From: Thermodesulfobacteriota bacterium
GTDB taxonomy: Bacteria > Desulfobacterota_D > UBA1144 > Nemesobacterales > JAJCZQ01
Assembly (NCBI GenBank): GCA_965215275.1
Contig: OZ244044.1
Location: 1,088,001-1,152,000, forward strand
Reading direction: 5' to 3'
DNA: 64,000 nt
Shown: in pieces, positions 63,286-64,000 of the stretch
Numbering within the stretch: position 1 is the first letter of the stretch
Layout: every line of letters begins with the position of its first letter
Notes under the pieces: model-generated
What the model was told of the DNA's origin: nothing
What the model saw: the letters and a program-made list of their open reading frames with translations, nothing else
Databases searched by the model: none
Program-made: the position numbers and the translations under genes

Positions 63286-64000
63286 ATGCCCGGCAACACA
63301 TTCGGAAGACTGTTCAGAATAACAACCTGGGGAGAGTCTCATGGAAAAGCCGTGGGGGTGGTACTTGATGGATGCCCCGCCGGACTCGGTATATCGGAAG
63401 AAGAGATACAAGCAGAACTTGACAGAAGAAGACCAGGTCAGAGCAGTATAACCACTCAGAGAAAAGAACCGGACAAAGTCGAAATACTGTCCGGCGTTTT
63501 TGACGGCAAGACAACCGGGACCCCGATTTCCATGATAGTCAAGAACGTGGACGCTATATCCAGGTCCTATGAAGATATAAAAGACACATACAGACCGGGA
63601 CACGCTGATTTTACCTACGATCAGAAATACGGACTCAGGGATCACAGGGGAGGTGGCAGGTCCTCAAATCGCGAGACAGTAGGAAGGGTCGCCGCGGCAG
63701 CAATAGCAAAAAAAATACTGAACATAGAGGGTATAAGGACAATTGGTCACGTAAAGCAGGTAGGAGATATAAAAGCTGAAAAATTCGACACCAGACAGAT
63801 CGAGAAAAATCCCGTCAGATGTGCGGACAAAAAAAAGGCACTTGAAATGACGGCGTTGATCGAGCAAGTCAGAAAAGAAGGTGATTCCATAGGGGGAATA
63901 GTTGAGATAATATCCACTGGTATGCCAAAGGGACTTGGCAGCCCCGTTTTTAATAAACTGGATGCCGACCTTGCAGCAGCATTAATGAGCCTTGGAGGTA
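63286..64000 (+). CDS. aroC: Chorismate synthase, runs off the window edge (not in ORF track)
   Basis: Manual translation gives [42 protein letters not shown]. Confidence 0.96.
   Translation, partial: MPGNTFGRLFRITTWGESHGKAVGVVLDGCPAGLGISEEEIQAELDRRRPGQSSITTQRKEPDKVEILSGVFDGKTTGTPISMIVKNVDAISRSYEDIKDTYRPGHADFTYDQKYGLRDHRGGGRSSNRETVGRVAAAAIAKKILNIEGIRTIGHVKQVGDIKAEKFDTRQIEKNPVRCADKKKALEMTALIEQVRKEGDSIGGIVEIISTGMPKGLGSPVFNKLDADLAAALMSLGG

Overview
64-kb bacterial chromosomal window, standard genetic code. The backbone is housekeeping: mltA, uvrC, argBDF, argG, tolC-like, purH, mlaD-like, cysH, ispE, nadABC, glnD, futalosine-pathway menaquinone genes, birA, tRNA(CAT), rnhA, rnpB, tyrS, gltBD, queA and aroC. 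The first ~35 kb carry accessory DNA. The main signal is a family of elements sharing the terminal motif GGGAA(T/C)TATA. It includes two IS1595-family insertion sequences with damaged transposases and, unexpectedly, an intact-looking tnpB gene enclosed by ~29-bp IS1595-like terminal inverted repeats (TIRs) with no Y1 or serine transposase. An internally deleted tnpB derivative and two orphan copies of the tnpB 3' (omegaRNA-like) segment are also present, one of them forming the 5' leader of a lipoprotein gene. A second notable system is a pair of paralogous surface proteins: a catalytically dead S8/P-domain, 7-8 Ig-like repeats and a GGGGC-TM-basic tail. Each has two poly-C tracts in series in its 5' reading frame, suggesting a two-step phase-variation switch. 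glnD and rnhA lack a canonical start codon where their conserved N-termini begin. All assignments come from visual motif recognition; no database searches were run.
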